A stretch of DNA of 63,263 nucleotides, the filler included, from Octopus bimaculoides (lineage: Eukaryota): assembly GCF_001194135.2 (NCBI RefSeq). It is 5 parts of 5 records of this genome, joined end to end, with 100 filler letters (N's around TTAATTAATTAA, not from the genome) between each part and the next. Parts side by side here need not be neighbours in the genome. Positions count along the whole stretch, not along the records: positions 1 to 26,649 come from NC_068996.1; positions 26,750 to 49,006 come from NC_068990.1; 3 more parts are not named here. One strand, given 5' to 3'. The position numbers and the translations under genes were made by a program. This document shows positions 24,016 through 36,200 of the stretch, piece after piece. The first letter of the stretch is position 1. Every line of letters starts with the position of its first letter. The notes under the pieces are model-generated. The model ran no database searches and had not been told where the DNA came from. It worked only from the letters and a program-made list of their open reading frames with translations.

Positions 24016-24881
24016 TGGGCAAAGTTTAGAGAGCTCTTACCCCTGCTGGTGACAAAGGGACTCTCACTCAGAGTAAAAGGCAGACTGTATGACGCATGTG
24101 TATGAACAACCATGCTACATGGCAGTAAAACATGGGCTGTGACTGCTGAGGACATGCGTAAGCTCGCAAGGAATGAAGCCAGTATGCGCCACCTGATGTG
24201 TAATGTCAATGTGCATACCCGTCAGAGTGTAAGTATCTTGAAAGAAAAGCTGAACATAAGAAGCATCAGTTGTGGNNNNNNNNNNNNNNNNNNNNNNNNN
24301 NNNNNNNNNNNNNNNNNNNNNNNNNNNNNNNNNNNNNNNNNNNNNNNNNNNNNNNNNNNNNNNNNNNNNNNNNNNNNNNNNNNNNNNNNNNNNNNNNNNN
24401 NNNNNNNNNNNNNNNNNNNNNNNNNNNNNNNNNNNNNNNNNNNNNNNNNNNNNNNNNNNNNNNNNNNNNNNNNNNNNNNNNNNNNNNNNNNNNNNNNNNN
24501 NNNNNNNNNNNNNNNNNNNNNNNNNNNNNNNNNNNNNNNNNNNNNNNNNNNNNNNNNNNNNNNNNNNNNNNNNNNNNNNNNNNNNNNNNNNNNNNNNNNN
24601 NNNNNNNNNNNNNNNNNNNNNNNNNNNNNNNNNNNNNNNNNNNNNNGGCACATAAAAGACACCATTTCGAGCGTGGCCGTTTTCGTGCGGGTGACACGTA
24701 AAAGCACCCACTACACTCTCTGAGTGGTTGGCATTAGGAAGGGCATCCAGCTGTAGAAACTCTGCCAAATTAGATTGGAGCCTGGTGTTGCCATCCGGTT
24801 TCACCAGTCCTCAGTCAAATCGTCCAACCCATGCTAGCATGGAAAGCGGACGTTAAACGATGATGATGATGATGATGATGA
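24016..24881 (+). mobile_element. Younger RTE LINE 3' portion (contains a gap)
   Basis: WAKFRELLPLLVTKGLSLRVKGRLYDACV, MLHGSKTWAVTAEDMRKL; 3' UTR and (GAT)n tail match 21001-22015. Confidence 0.9.
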
Positions 24882-25080
24882 TATATATATATACATACAA
24901 AGTATGGTGGTTTAGTTCACAGGTGATCTAAATGATTAGGTACGCTAGGTAAGTGCTGTAACACATTACTAGGGCTCCAAGGTTATAGCCAAGCTGGTAG
25001 TTATGGAGCCATTGCAGATTTCTGATAATTGTTAAAGAGGATAACAAACATTAAGGTTAAGGCAAACATCTCAAGTCGTA

Positions 25081-25447
25081 TACAATGTTATTATTGGAAA
25101 AAATTCAAAGTCTTACAGCTGTTTCTGGGATATCCCTGAGTATGGGATATTTTATCATCAGAGACAAATAGGGAAAAAATAGGGAAAATGAGAATCGTAT
25201 ATATTAATAATATGACAACATAGAGGAAGGGAGTAAAAGAATAGGGAGATGGAAAGAAAGAAGGAAAAAGGAAGCATAAAAGTTCATAGTTCAACTTTCC
25301 AAAGTTATAGAAACAAGAGCATGAGTCCTTAGGAGGAATCCTGCATAGACCCATGTGGGTTAAAATCTTGATATAGTAGACACCCAGAGAAAAAAGAAGT
25401 GAACATATCAACGTTCAATAACAATATTTTCCAATAATAATATTGTA
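25081..25447 (-). mobile_element. PLE-derived element with short inverted termini and an HHR
   Basis: Termini tacaatgttattattggaaaaaat / attttccaataataatattgta. Confidence 0.55.
25110..25165 (-). ncRNA. Minimal type-I hammerhead ribozyme
   Basis: gtct CTGATGA taaa atatccc atactca gggatat ccca GAAAC agct GTA agac; stem I and stem III are identical to the 3805 HHR. Confidence 0.65.
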
Positions 25448-25496
25448 TACAACTTGAGATATTTGCCTTATCTTAATGTTTGTTATTCTCTTTTAC

Positions 25497-25549
<53 letters not shown>

Positions 25550-26317
25550 ACACACACACACATAAATATTTGATGATGATATATATTTATATATGCATGT
25601 GTATGTGTGTGTATAATTTTTGTAGGAAATACCAATTTTTGTTTTATTCAATAAACAAGGTGGGGGAATCGTCTCTTAAATAATTTTCAGTAACAATTGT
25701 CAGTTTAAGGTCGAAGATTAGCTCTCACTTGATGAAATTAATTGTGCTTTCAAAAGTGATTGTTTAAAAATTATTTAAAAGAGAATTAGAGTAAATTTAT
25801 AGGTTTATTTTTTCAAATGTCTAAACTCTAGTTTGTGTTGGTTTAGATATACAGCAGTAAATTTTATTCTGGAAAATGAAAAAAAGATTAAAAATATATT
25901 AGACAAAAAGCGTTGTTGTCAATGATGTTGTATTATTGATGATGCTTTTGTTGTTTTCACTCTTGTTGTTGATGTTACTGTTCTTGTTTTCAGTGTTGTT
26001 TCCAGATTTAAAATAGTCCCAGTCATGACTACTCCATCTTTTATTGAGTTTAAGTGGCTGCATTGATCAGTGTGACTTTCAGATAATAGATAACGATTTG
26101 AAGGGAATTCAGTTGATATTTCTTGGAGGTGTCTGTGCAGAGATATCTTATTGGTGATAGATTTAAAGGAAAAAATGGCTGTTAGTATATTTGGAATAAA
26201 TCTAGTTTTAAGAAATAAAGAATTGCGTTATTGTTCCTTATATCTGATCTATTGTACATGTATGAGAGCCATTGTTGACTCAGCAGAAATTCAAGTATAA
26301 TGCTTACAGAGTGCATT

Positions 26318-26632
26318 CAAGTTTGTGTGGGTGGTTGGCATTAAGAAAAGCATCCAGCTGTAAAAACCATGCCTAAACAGACACAGAAGTCTGGTGCAGG
26401 CTCCTGCCTGGTCAGCTCCTACCAAACTGTCCAACCCATGCCAGCATGGAAAGCGGGTGTTAAACGATGATGATGAGGCATGTCTGTGTGGTAAGAAGCT
26501 TGCTTCCCAACCACATGGTTCCGGGTTCAGTCTCACTGCATGGCACCTTGGGTTAGTGTTGTCTACTATAGACTTGGGCTGACCAAAGTCTTGTGAGTGG
26601 ATTTGGTAGATGGAAATTGGAAGAAGCCATCC
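26318..26632 (+). mobile_element. RTE 3' tail followed directly by a SINE family A head
   Basis: ...ccatgccagcatggaaagcgggtgttaaacgatgatgatg, then gaggcatgtctgtgtggtaagaagcttgcttccc...ccaaagtcttgtgagtggatttgg. Confidence 0.75.
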
Positions 26633-26807
26633 TATATATATATATATATNNNNNNNNNNNNNNNNNNNNNNNNNNNNNNNNNNNNNNNNNNNNTTAATTA
26701 ATTAANNNNNNNNNNNNNNNNNNNNNNNNNNNNNNNNNNNNNNNNNNNNGTATATATATATATGTATATATCTATATCTATATGTATCTATTTATCATAT
26801 ATCTATC

Positions 26808-26842
<35 letters not shown>

Positions 26843-26844
26843 CA

Positions 26845-26985
26845 TTATCACCATCATTCTTCAATTTGTCCATTTTCCATGTTAGCATAGGTTGGATGGT
26901 TTGACAGGATCCAACCAGCTGAAGGGCTGTTCAGGGCTCCGTTCGTTTTGGCATGGTTTCTATGGCTGGATGCCCTTCCTAAAGG
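26845..26985 (-). mobile_element. Old RTE-type 3' tail
   Basis: ccattttccatgttagcataggttggatgg...tggcatggtttctatggctggatgcccttcct. Confidence 0.6.
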
Positions 26986-27840
26986 CAAAATGTATATATG
27001 TATATAATATATACACACACACACATATATATATATGTCCGGCTGCTATTTGTTTTCGTTCTTGGAATCACCAAGCTCGCATGTACTTCTTTGCCCCTCT
27101 TGTACATGCTTCACAGCGTTCAAGACATACACACTTCACGTCTGGCTGTACAGCCTTTTTGTTTGTTTATTCACCGTTTCGTTTTCCTGTCTTGTTTTCT
27201 GTCCGCCACTATCCTCCATGAAAATGATTTAATTTGTGTTCATGGGAAGANNNNNNNNNNNNNNNNNNNNNNNNNNNNNNNNNNNNNNNNNNNNNNNNNN
27301 NNNNNNNNNNNNNNNNNNNNNNNNNNNNNNNNNNNNNNNNNNNNNNNNNNNNNNNNNNNNNNNNNNNNNNNNNNNNNNNNNNNNNNNNNNNNNNNNNNNN
27401 NNNNNNNNNNNNNNNNNNNNNNNNNNNNNNNNNNNNNNNNNNNNNNNNNNNNNNNNNNNNNNNNNNNNNNNNNNNNNNNNNNNNNNNNNNNNNNNNNNNN
27501 NNNNNNNNNNNNNNNNNNNNNNNNNNNNNNNNNNNNNNNNNNNNNNNNNNNNNNNNNNNNNNNNNNNNNNNNNNNNNNNNNNNNNNNNNNNNNNNNNNNN
27601 NNNNNNNNNNNNNNNNNNNNNNNNNNNNNNNNNNNNNNNNNNNNNNNNNNNNNNNNNNNNNNNNNNNNNNNNNNNNNNNNNNNNNNNNNNNNNNNNNNNN
27701 NNNNNNNNNNNNNNNNNNNNNNNNNNNNNNNNNNNNNNNNNNNNNNNNNNNNNNNNNNNNNNNNNNNNNNNNNNNNNNNNNNNNNNNNNNNNNNNNNNNN
27801 NNNNNNNNNNNNNNNNNNNNNNNNNNNNNNNTATATTCTA

Positions 27841-28001
27841 AAGTCTATTTGCCAACGCAATGTGGCAGTCCTACACAGGATAATGTTACAACTTTTTAGC
27901 TCCAGGAAAACATCTTTTTCAGCTGGAAAAGATATTTTCCTGGGGCTAAAACGTAACATCATCCTGTGTAGGACTGCCACATTGCGTTGGCAAATAGACT
28001 T
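27841..28001. mobile_element. Near-perfect palindromic (foldback) MITE with TA flanks
   Basis: TA|aagtctatttgccaacgcaatgtggcagtcctacacagga...cagctg...tcctgtgtaggactgccacattgcgttggcaaatagactt|TA. Confidence 0.8.
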
Positions 28002-28284
28002 TACTGATCCGTACTGTTACTGCATATTCCTTGCTCAGAGATTTAAAACTAGTTGTTTTTCTCTTTATGTATATATTCTTAAGCAAAAATATTATTGACA
28101 GCAATTTCGAAGTTATGGCCAGTTGAGCCATTGTTGATGTGCAATGCATTGAAGTTAATCTTGGCCTTGCTTGGAATCAGATGAGGGTTTTTTTTAAAGG
28201 AAAGCCATCAAGATCATTGAAAATCTTCCTCAACAAATGCCATCTGATTTATGCACACACAGAAAAGTGAAAGTTAAAATGATG

Positions 28285-28778
28285 ATTATTTACATTATTT
28301 ACATTTGACGGATATTTGTCCTCATCTTGTTTGTTGTTAACACAATGTTTCGGCTGATATATCCTCCAGCCTTCGTCAGGTGTCTTGGGGAAATTTCGAG
28401 CCTGGGTTCTCATTCCTAACGATGTTACTATTATTATATTATTATTATTATTACTATTATTAATCAGGTCGCTGCCGTGAATCTTGGGGTTAGTAGCCCG
28501 CGCTCTTAACCACTATGCAATATGCCCGTGGGCAATTATGGAGTGAATTTTAGGGCTTATAAATCTATTATTTTTCTATCCTTCCTCAATACTGGTTCCC
28601 ATATGCTATTCATATCTGCACTCGGTCTGCTTAGGAGGTTGTTGTGTCCTAGTATATGTGCTGCTTCTTTTAGTTTTTGTATTTTCCAGTGTTGTTCCCT
28701 GTCAAGATGAGGACAAATATCCGTCAAATGTAAATAATGTAAATAATGTAAATAATTCCTCATCTCTTAAATATAGAA
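28285..28778 (-). mobile_element. Penelope-like element 3' end (GIY-YIG C-terminus, tRNA-like segment, (AAT)n, HHR, AAATAATGT tail) with an inverted terminal piece
   Basis: Minus strand gives DREQHWKIQKLKEAAHILGHNNLLSRPSADMNSIWEPVL* (28557-28700); HHR at 28339-28386; 28703-28778 is an inverted copy of the end. Confidence 0.75.
28339..28386 (-). ncRNA. Minimal type-I hammerhead ribozyme (best-preserved copy of the PLE-tRNA family)
   Basis: gacac CTGACGA a ggctg gaggatatat cagcc GAAAC ATT gtgtt; other copies read GAAACGTT. Confidence 0.65.
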
Positions 28779-28824
28779 AATGATGATAATGATGATGATG
28801 GTGATAATGATGACAAGTATATGT

Positions 28825-28871
<47 letters not shown>

Positions 28872-29129
28872 TGTGTGTGCATGAGCATATGTGCATGTGT
28901 GTCTGGGGTCATTTAGCTCAATGATACAGAGCATTCAGCCAGCGTTTGAGAGCTACAAAGTTTGACCCTGTGCTATGGCTGCTGATTACCTTCTTCTGTC
29001 TCTAAGGTAATTTTTACCTGTCTTTCTAAAGCTGTTTCTCACAACTTTCTGTGTTCAAGATTTTCTTCATTTCTAAAAATACCAACTCACTCGGTGCTTT
29101 AATATTTGTTTATGAAACTATTCTCATAT

Positions 29130-29428
29130 GCATGGCTCAGTGGTTAGAGTGTTGGACTCATAATCATGAGGTAGTGAGTTCAATTCCCAGACTGGGCTCT
29201 GTGTTGTGTTCTTGAGTGAGACACTTTATTTCACATTGCTTCAGTTCACTCAGCTGTAGAAATTAGTTGCCTTTCTGTTGGATACCATAAATGGTTAGAG
29301 AGGGGAGGCTGGTACGCAGGGGCGGCTGCTGGTCTTCCATAAACAACTTTGCCCAGACTTGTGCTTCGGAGGGTAACTTTCTAGGTGCAATCCCATGCAC
29401 GTTCATGACCAAAGAGGGCCTTTACCCT
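29130..29428 (+). mobile_element. tRNA-derived SINE, family D
   Basis: A box tggctcagtggttagag, B box gagttcaattccc; 3' part ggtcttccataaacaactttgcccagacttgtgcttcggagggtaac is shared with 34141-34439. Confidence 0.75.
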
Positions 29429-29504
29429 TATATATATATGTAAACTCATTCTGCCACAATTATAGTGTCTTCTACTATGGCCCCAGAAATGCTGATCACT
29501 CAAA

Positions 29505-29935
29505 ATGGATGAAATTTGTGGAAGAGGGAGGCCCAGGAAGATGTGGAATGAGGTACTGAAGGCAGATCTCAGAATGCTGAGCCTTATGGCGGAAATGACA
29601 AAGGACTGAGATGTCTGGTGCTTGCTGCATTCAAGAAGACCTGTCCTCCATAGTGGAATTGCTAATGCTGCTCCCTATTGCTGAGGTAGATTGGCCTGTA
29701 AGAGCCCTGCACTGGTGCTGTGTAATAACACCCATGCCACGGTAAGGCACCCAATTTGGTGCCATGTAAAAAACACCTGTAAAATGGTTGGCATTAGGAA
29801 GTGCATCCAGTTGTAGAGACCAAGGTAAATCAGACTGGAATCTAGTACAGCTCTTCTGCTGGTCAGCTCTGGTCAAACCATCCTACCCATGCCGGCATAG
29901 AAAATGGACATTAAATGATAATGATGACAATGTAT
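29505..29935 (+). mobile_element. Old RTE C-terminus and 3' UTR fragment
   Basis: GRGRPRKMWNEVLKADLRML, followed by an RTE-type 3' UTR ending aatgataatgatgac. Confidence 0.7.
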
Positions 29936-31026
29936 ATATATATATATATATAAGANNNNNNNNNNNNNNNNNNNNNNNNNNNNNNNNNNNNNNNNNNNNN
30001 NNNNNNNNNNNNNNNNNNNNNNNNNNNNNNNNNNNNNNNNNNNNNNNNNNNNNNNNNNNNNNNNNNNNNNNNNNNNNNNNNNNNNNNNNNNNNNNNNNNN
30101 NNNNNNNNNNNNNNNNNNNNNNNNNNNNNNNNNNNNNNNNNNNNNNNNNNNNNNNNNNNNNNNNNNNNNNNNNNNNNNNNNNNNNNNNNNNNNNNNNNNN
30201 NNNNNNNNNNNNNNNNNNNNNNNNNNNNNNNNNNNNNNNNNNNNNNNNNNNNNNNNNNNNNNNNNNNNNNNNNNNNNNNNNNNNNNNNNNNNNNNNNNNN
30301 NNNNNNNNNNNNNNNNNNNNNNNNNNNNNNNNNATTTTTTTTTTTTTTTTTGTTTCCATTCTTTCTTTTGTAACCTGTTACATTTTTCAACTGAGATGGA
30401 AAGAAAACACCGATGAATAAAGATTACTAAAGATAAGTTTATTTTATGATTGTCACCTAAGATAGAATCTTTATATGTCTACCATCTCCATAGTAGAGAC
30501 ACAACTTCTTTAAGGTATTACAATACAGAAAATATAAAACAAAAAATAAGAAAAGTAAAGCAAAAATGAAATTATATTTAACAGTTACAAATTAATGCAC
30601 TTCCAAGTAGGGGTCTATTTGATCTTCCTTAATTCACTTAAAATTGCCATAAGTAACTTTATTTTCTTTGAAGCTCTGATTGTAATAGGTTTCCTTTTCA
30701 GCTTTGCAATAAGAAGTTGCTTTTCTGTTAGCCTTTTAGACACAGAATTAAATGAAAATCATGATGGACTTTGACAAATAAATAAATGAATGTACAGAGT
30801 GTACAAGTTAAAACACGAATACAAATTAAAACAAAAGCTTGCCAGGCAATGAGTGGTTAATAAGCTAGTGAGATTTTGTTATTGATTGAGGGGTCACAGT
30901 TCTGGTAGTAATGGACATGTGATTAGAATGTCTCAGAAAATAATCACAAGATGGAGTTTTCAAGCTGAGCCAACAGACAGGAGAACTAGGGGTATATCAA
31001 GAACAAGATGACTGGATAATATCCAT

Positions 31027-31436
31027 AGGTGCAGGAGTGGCTGTGTGGTAAGTAGCTTGCTTACCAACCACATGGTTCTGGGTTCAGTCCCACTGCGTGG
31101 CATCTTGGGCAAGTGTCTTCTACTATAGCCTCGGGCTGTCCAAAGCCTTGTGAGTGGATTTGGTAGATGGAAACTGAAAGAAGCCCGTCGTATATATGTA
31201 TATATATATGTGTGTTTGTGTGTCTGTGTTTGTCCCTCCTAGTATTGCTTGACAACCGATGCTGGTGTGTTTATGTCCCCGTCAGTTAGCGGTTTGGCAA
31301 AATAGACTGATAGAATAAGTACTAGGCTTACAAAGAATAAGTCCCGGGGTCGATTTGCTCGACTAAAGGTGGTGCTCCAGCATGGCTGCAGTCAAATGGC
31401 TGAAACAAGTAAAAGAGTAAAGAGAGTAAAAGAGTA
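31027..31436 (+). mobile_element. SINE family A, full length, little decayed
   Basis: A box gtggctgtgtggtaag, B box gggttcagtccc, core, (TG)n linker, 3' domain, (GTAAAAGA)n tail. Confidence 0.85.
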
Positions 31437-33309
31437 TAGTCTCAGTTGTGCTTGGAAATTCTGATACAAAGTCTAATGATGGTTGCTTCTCTTAGGATCC
31501 TATGGAGGAAATGCCTGAGGACTCTACACCCTTAAACATCTCAGGAATAGCGAGCAGTTAAGGTAGATGTACGGATTGATGGTTTGTTGCAACAAGTTCT
31601 TTCAGTTTTCATCTTCTAAATATATTTTTCTTGATTTATCCCTGTTTCAATGATGGCTATCGCATTTTCAGCGTACAATTTGATGTATATAGTGTAAATG
31701 TTCAAATATCGTCACTATCTTTTCAGTCCTGCTGCATTTCATATGTTGTCTTGGTGCATAAATCGATGTACTGTTTTGGCTGGAAACTTTGATCTGTAAA
31801 ATTCGATTGTATGCTTGAAAATATGATAAACACGAAACTGGGTTCAGTCCCACTGCATGGTGCTTTGGACAAGTGCCTTCTACTATGGCCCCAGGCAAAC
31901 CAAAGCTTTGTGAGTGGATTTGGTGGATGGCACCTGAAACTGAAATATATAAACAAAATCGAACACACATACACAAGGTATGTGTGTTGTTAGTTCATGG
32001 GCCAGCTGCAGTTTTTAGGCATAAGAAAGTATATTCTCTATGCATCTGGTGTAAAAAAAACACCTGAGAGTAAGTCATTGTCAAGTGAAACAACTTGTAT
32101 AGGTCCCTTCTTGGAGTGACATACATTGATGTTTCGTCATTGTGACTTATCGATGTCACATACCAAACAAGGCCAGCTGCAAGCTATATCACCAACTATG
32201 ACTATATGCTAAATGGTTTAAAAACCATCTGCTGGCATATATATAAATATGTTTATGTGTGTGCATCTTTGTGTTTCTGTTTGTTCTCCACCAAAACTTG
32301 ACAACTTGATTTCTTTATGCTCCCATAGTTTAGTTGTTCATCAAAGGAGACTGATAGAATAAACATCAGGATCAATTTGTTCAATTAAAAGCCTTCAAGA
32401 CAGTGCTCCAGTATGGTCACACTCCAAAAGCTGGAAACAGGTAGAAGATAAAGAATTATTGTGTTCCAGTGATACCTGTGGACAAAAGTGAAACAAGGAA
32501 AAGGTGTGTAATATTAGAAACTAAATGAGAAGTTCTACTCAGAAGAGATTCAATAACAAACAATGAGCTATAGATATTTAAGGAGCTCTTCATCTATAAT
32601 CGATATCTGTAGGGACAATTTGCAGCAATGTTGGGAGAAATTAAAGTTTGTGCTCTAAATGTAATACATTTTAGCTGTTCTAAAATTAATTAGGGATAGA
32701 ACTAGTATAATGGAATACATGAGAAGAGATTTAAATATGTGAATGAAGGACATCCAAAAACAAAACTCTCAATGTTTGTCACTTGACATAGAAATAAATT
32801 ATTTGAATTTAGCTGATGACCTGATGAATAGACAGTGCTGGGAAAAGAAAGTTTGTTGCAAGTCATCATTATTTTAAGTATTACAGGAATTTTTCAAAGT
32901 TGTATAATATATAGATAATAGTCAGTAGTGCAACTGAGGCAAGGAAGTGAGACATGGTCTGCCTTGGGCAATGCTTTTTACTGAGATATCTTTTTTGGGG
33001 TCTGCTGTTTAAGCCTGTATTGGATTAGGGAGCTCAGGGAGCTCAGGATACAGAGCAGTAAACTCAGGCCCACACAGCAGTGGAAGTCATGCACACAGTG
33101 ACTGCATCTGGAAAGGCTCTCCATTGGTGCTACTGGTTTTCCCTTTCTTTGAGTGTGCTTTTCTGTGGTTGCAAGTTTCAATTTCTCTTTCTTTTGCTTC
33201 ATCCCTTTTCACAGTATTTGCCTCCAGTGTGGGCGAATATTTGTGACCTCCTCCCATCTCAGGACATTTTTTGACTTTATATCTCTCTTATTGACTTTAT
33301 ATCTCTCTT

Positions 33310-34125
33310 GCAGACATCCTTGAAATGAAGATGAGGTCATCCTTGTGCTCTTGTGCTGGTGATCAATTCCCCACACTGGAGGTCTTTTGGAATCCTCTCA
33401 TCTAGCATATGATGTTCATGACTGAGCCAGTACAGATGGTGCTGCTGGAGCAGGGTGAACATACTGATATCTTGGCACAGCTGAGGACTTCGGAGTTGAT
33501 GACTGGTCAGTCCATTTGATATCCAAAATGCATCTCAGATTACGAAGGTGGAAAAGTTTGAGACGTTGCTCTTGTGTGGAGTAGAGGCTCCATGGCTCAC
33601 TGCTGTAAAGTAGTATGCTGAGGACTCACGCCTTAAAGACAGCAATCTTGGAGTTTGTGGCCAGTTTTCTGTTTTCTCTTTGTGAACTTATCAAATGTAG
33701 AAGATTCTTGTCCAATTCACCTGCTGATCTCAGGGTCCATGGAGAGGCCATCAGAGATGGTGGAGCTGAGGTAGGAGAATTCATAGACTACCTCCAGCTT
33801 GAAGTTGTTGATGGTGACGGTGGTGGTGGTGGTGGTGGTGGGGTGGATTGCGGTGCTTGATACCTTGGCTCAGTACATTGGTCTTCTTCAAACTGATAGG
33901 CAGGCTGAATTCCTGGCAGGCTTTTTGAGAGTTTGTCCATGAGGTGCAGCATTTGCTCTTAAGAGTGCACTGTCAGTGCTGTGTCGTCCATTTCTCTAAT
34001 GAGTACATAGTGAGTACGTCTGTTCTGGTGTGGAGGTAGATACCATCATTTGATGTTCTAAATGTATGTGTCAGCTTGATTGGGAAAAAAATGCCAAACA
34101 GGGCGGAGATAAGCACTACATGGAA
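33310..34125 (-). pseudogene. RTE-BovB-like reverse transcriptase remnant
   Basis: LFGIFFPIKLTHTFRTSNDGIYLHTRTD, then segments resembling LKKTNVL, LEVVYEFSYLSSTIS, TKIAVFKA-VLSILLYSSE-W and FHLRNLRCIL. Confidence 0.75.
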
Positions 34126-34140
34126 ATTATATAAAGGATA

Positions 34141-34439
34141 AAGACCCCCTCCAGTCATGAATGATCATGGGATTGCACCTTGAAAGTTCCCCTCCAAGGC
34201 ACAAGGCTGGGCAAGGTTGTTTATGGAAGATCAGCAGTCATCCATACTTACTAGCCTCTCCCTTTCTACGCCACCAATGTTATCCATGGGAAAGGCAAAG
34301 GCCGATACAGCTTGGTACCAGTGATGTCACACCTCATTTCTACAACCTAGTGAACTGGAGCAACATGAAATAAAATGTCTTGCTCAAGAACACAACACAT
34401 TACCTCATGGTGGTCTAACCACTGAACCATGTGCCTTCA
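34141..34439 (-). mobile_element. SINE family D
   Basis: Reverse-complement match to the head and tail of 29130-29428. Confidence 0.7.
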
Positions 34440-35420
34440 TGGATATTATATATATATATTAATAACATTACATATTATGCACTTTATTGAGTTTTGTTAT
34501 GTGCATGATCTCTTGGTCTGTTGAAAAGTTGTCTTGTATGAAACCATTCTGTAGGTCAACAATGTTTAGGAACCACTGGTCTAGGGAACTATGACAACAT
34601 TCAAAGGTTTACAATTTATAGCCCACCTTTAAATAATTAAATTCTTATAATCTGAAACTGTTATATCTTTATGGATAAACGAATACACTGCAACAATGTA
34701 ATAGCAATATAATTGAAACAAACGGCAGTAAACACACAGAACGGAACAACAATCTTTTAAGAACCAACACACTAACTCAAATGGTAAACTTTGAACTATC
34801 AACACATGAACTGTGGAGCTAGCACAAACTACCTCAGTTACTCAGACCGCTACTATTTATATGTAATGGTCCAGTCCATTCTCGCACAACAGATGCAAAA
34901 GTTACTATAAAGGAATTTTGGTGTAATTGGAATGATATTAAAAATTTGACTCTAATATGATAAGAAGTGAAAATAACCACAATAAATCGTCTCTGGAGCA
35001 AGATTTATTTTGACAGTATCCTGAACTTCTTAGGCTTTGAGGAGTTAATAAAAAAAGAAGTTTACTAGAGATTGTTGGTGGGGTTGGCACACCAGGTTTA
35101 ATTTAATGAGATAAAGGAAAAAGAATTAGTTGAATTACATGGTAAAGAAATATCTAAGGAGGATCTCTTGGAGATGGAAGAGTATGGTGCTGAAGAAGAT
35201 GACATGTAAGTGTCATATGAATTTTTACAACTAAATATTTTTTGCTGATTCTATCCAATTTTTAGATAAAGCAAATGATAATTTTTCACTGGAAAGATTC
35301 TCTAAGTTATAACAAATAGGGTAGTAATGAAAAGATTCAATTTGTACAAAGAAAGATGTTAAAAATGTATAACAAACCTTGAGCAATTTTTTATGTGATT
35401 AATTATCATATCGTTAGTAC

Positions 35421-35576
35421 TGGTGTGGTTGTGGTAAGAAGCTTGCTTTCAAACAACATGGTTCCAATTCTAGTTCCACTGCATGGCACCTTGGGCAAGT
35501 GTCTTCTACTAAAGCCCAAGGTTAACTAAAGCCATGTGAGTGAATTAGAAAGAAAGAAACTGCAAGAAGCCCGTCA
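35421..35576 (+). mobile_element. SINE family A head
   Basis: gtggtaagaagcttgctttc...ccactgcatggcaccttgggcaagtgtcttctacta...gaagcccgtc. Confidence 0.7.
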
Positions 35577-35799
35577 TATATATATATATATGTATACATA
35601 CATGCATATCTACTTATATATAAGGGGCTTCTTTCAGTTTCTCTCTACCTAATCCACTCACATTGCTTTATTTGGCGTTGGACTAATACATACATATGAA
35701 ATACAGAAATACAAAGTAAGTCTGCAACTTTGTTTTCTTTTCCTTTTGTAGTTTACTTTATACCTTCTTGCATTGTTCCAACCTTACAGAACAACCTTC

Positions 35800-36200
35800 A
35801 GATTCAGTCATTAGACTGTGGCCATGCTGGGGCACCACTTTCAAGAGTTTTTAGTTGAATGAATTGACCACAGTACATTTTTAAAAAATAAGTCTGGTAC
35901 TTATTCTTTTACTGAAATGATAAGTAATGGGGACATAAACACACCAACACTTGTTGTCAAGTGGTGGTGAGTTACAAACACAGACACAAAAAGACACACA
36001 AACAGACATGTAATTGTATATATATGTATACGACAGGATTCTTTCAGTTTCCATCTACAAAGTCCACTCACAAAGTCCACTCACAAAGTCCACTCACAAA
36101 ATCCACTCACAAAGCTTTGGTCAGCCCACTATACAGTGGGAGAACCCAAAACCATATGATTGGGCAGCAAGCTTATTACCACCCAGCTATGCCTGTGATA
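35800..36200 (-). mobile_element. SINE family A with an internal 13-bp x4 slippage repeat
   Basis: Family A 3' domain and core; (aaagtccactcac)x4 at about 36058-36114. Confidence 0.7.

Noticed and set aside
26694-26705. TTAATTAATTAA in the middle of an N run (also 49051-49062, 60352-60363, 61903-61914)
   Set aside because: The same 12-mer sits between 44 Ns on each side, with stops in all frames: an artificial scaffold linker. Contiguity across these points is not assured.
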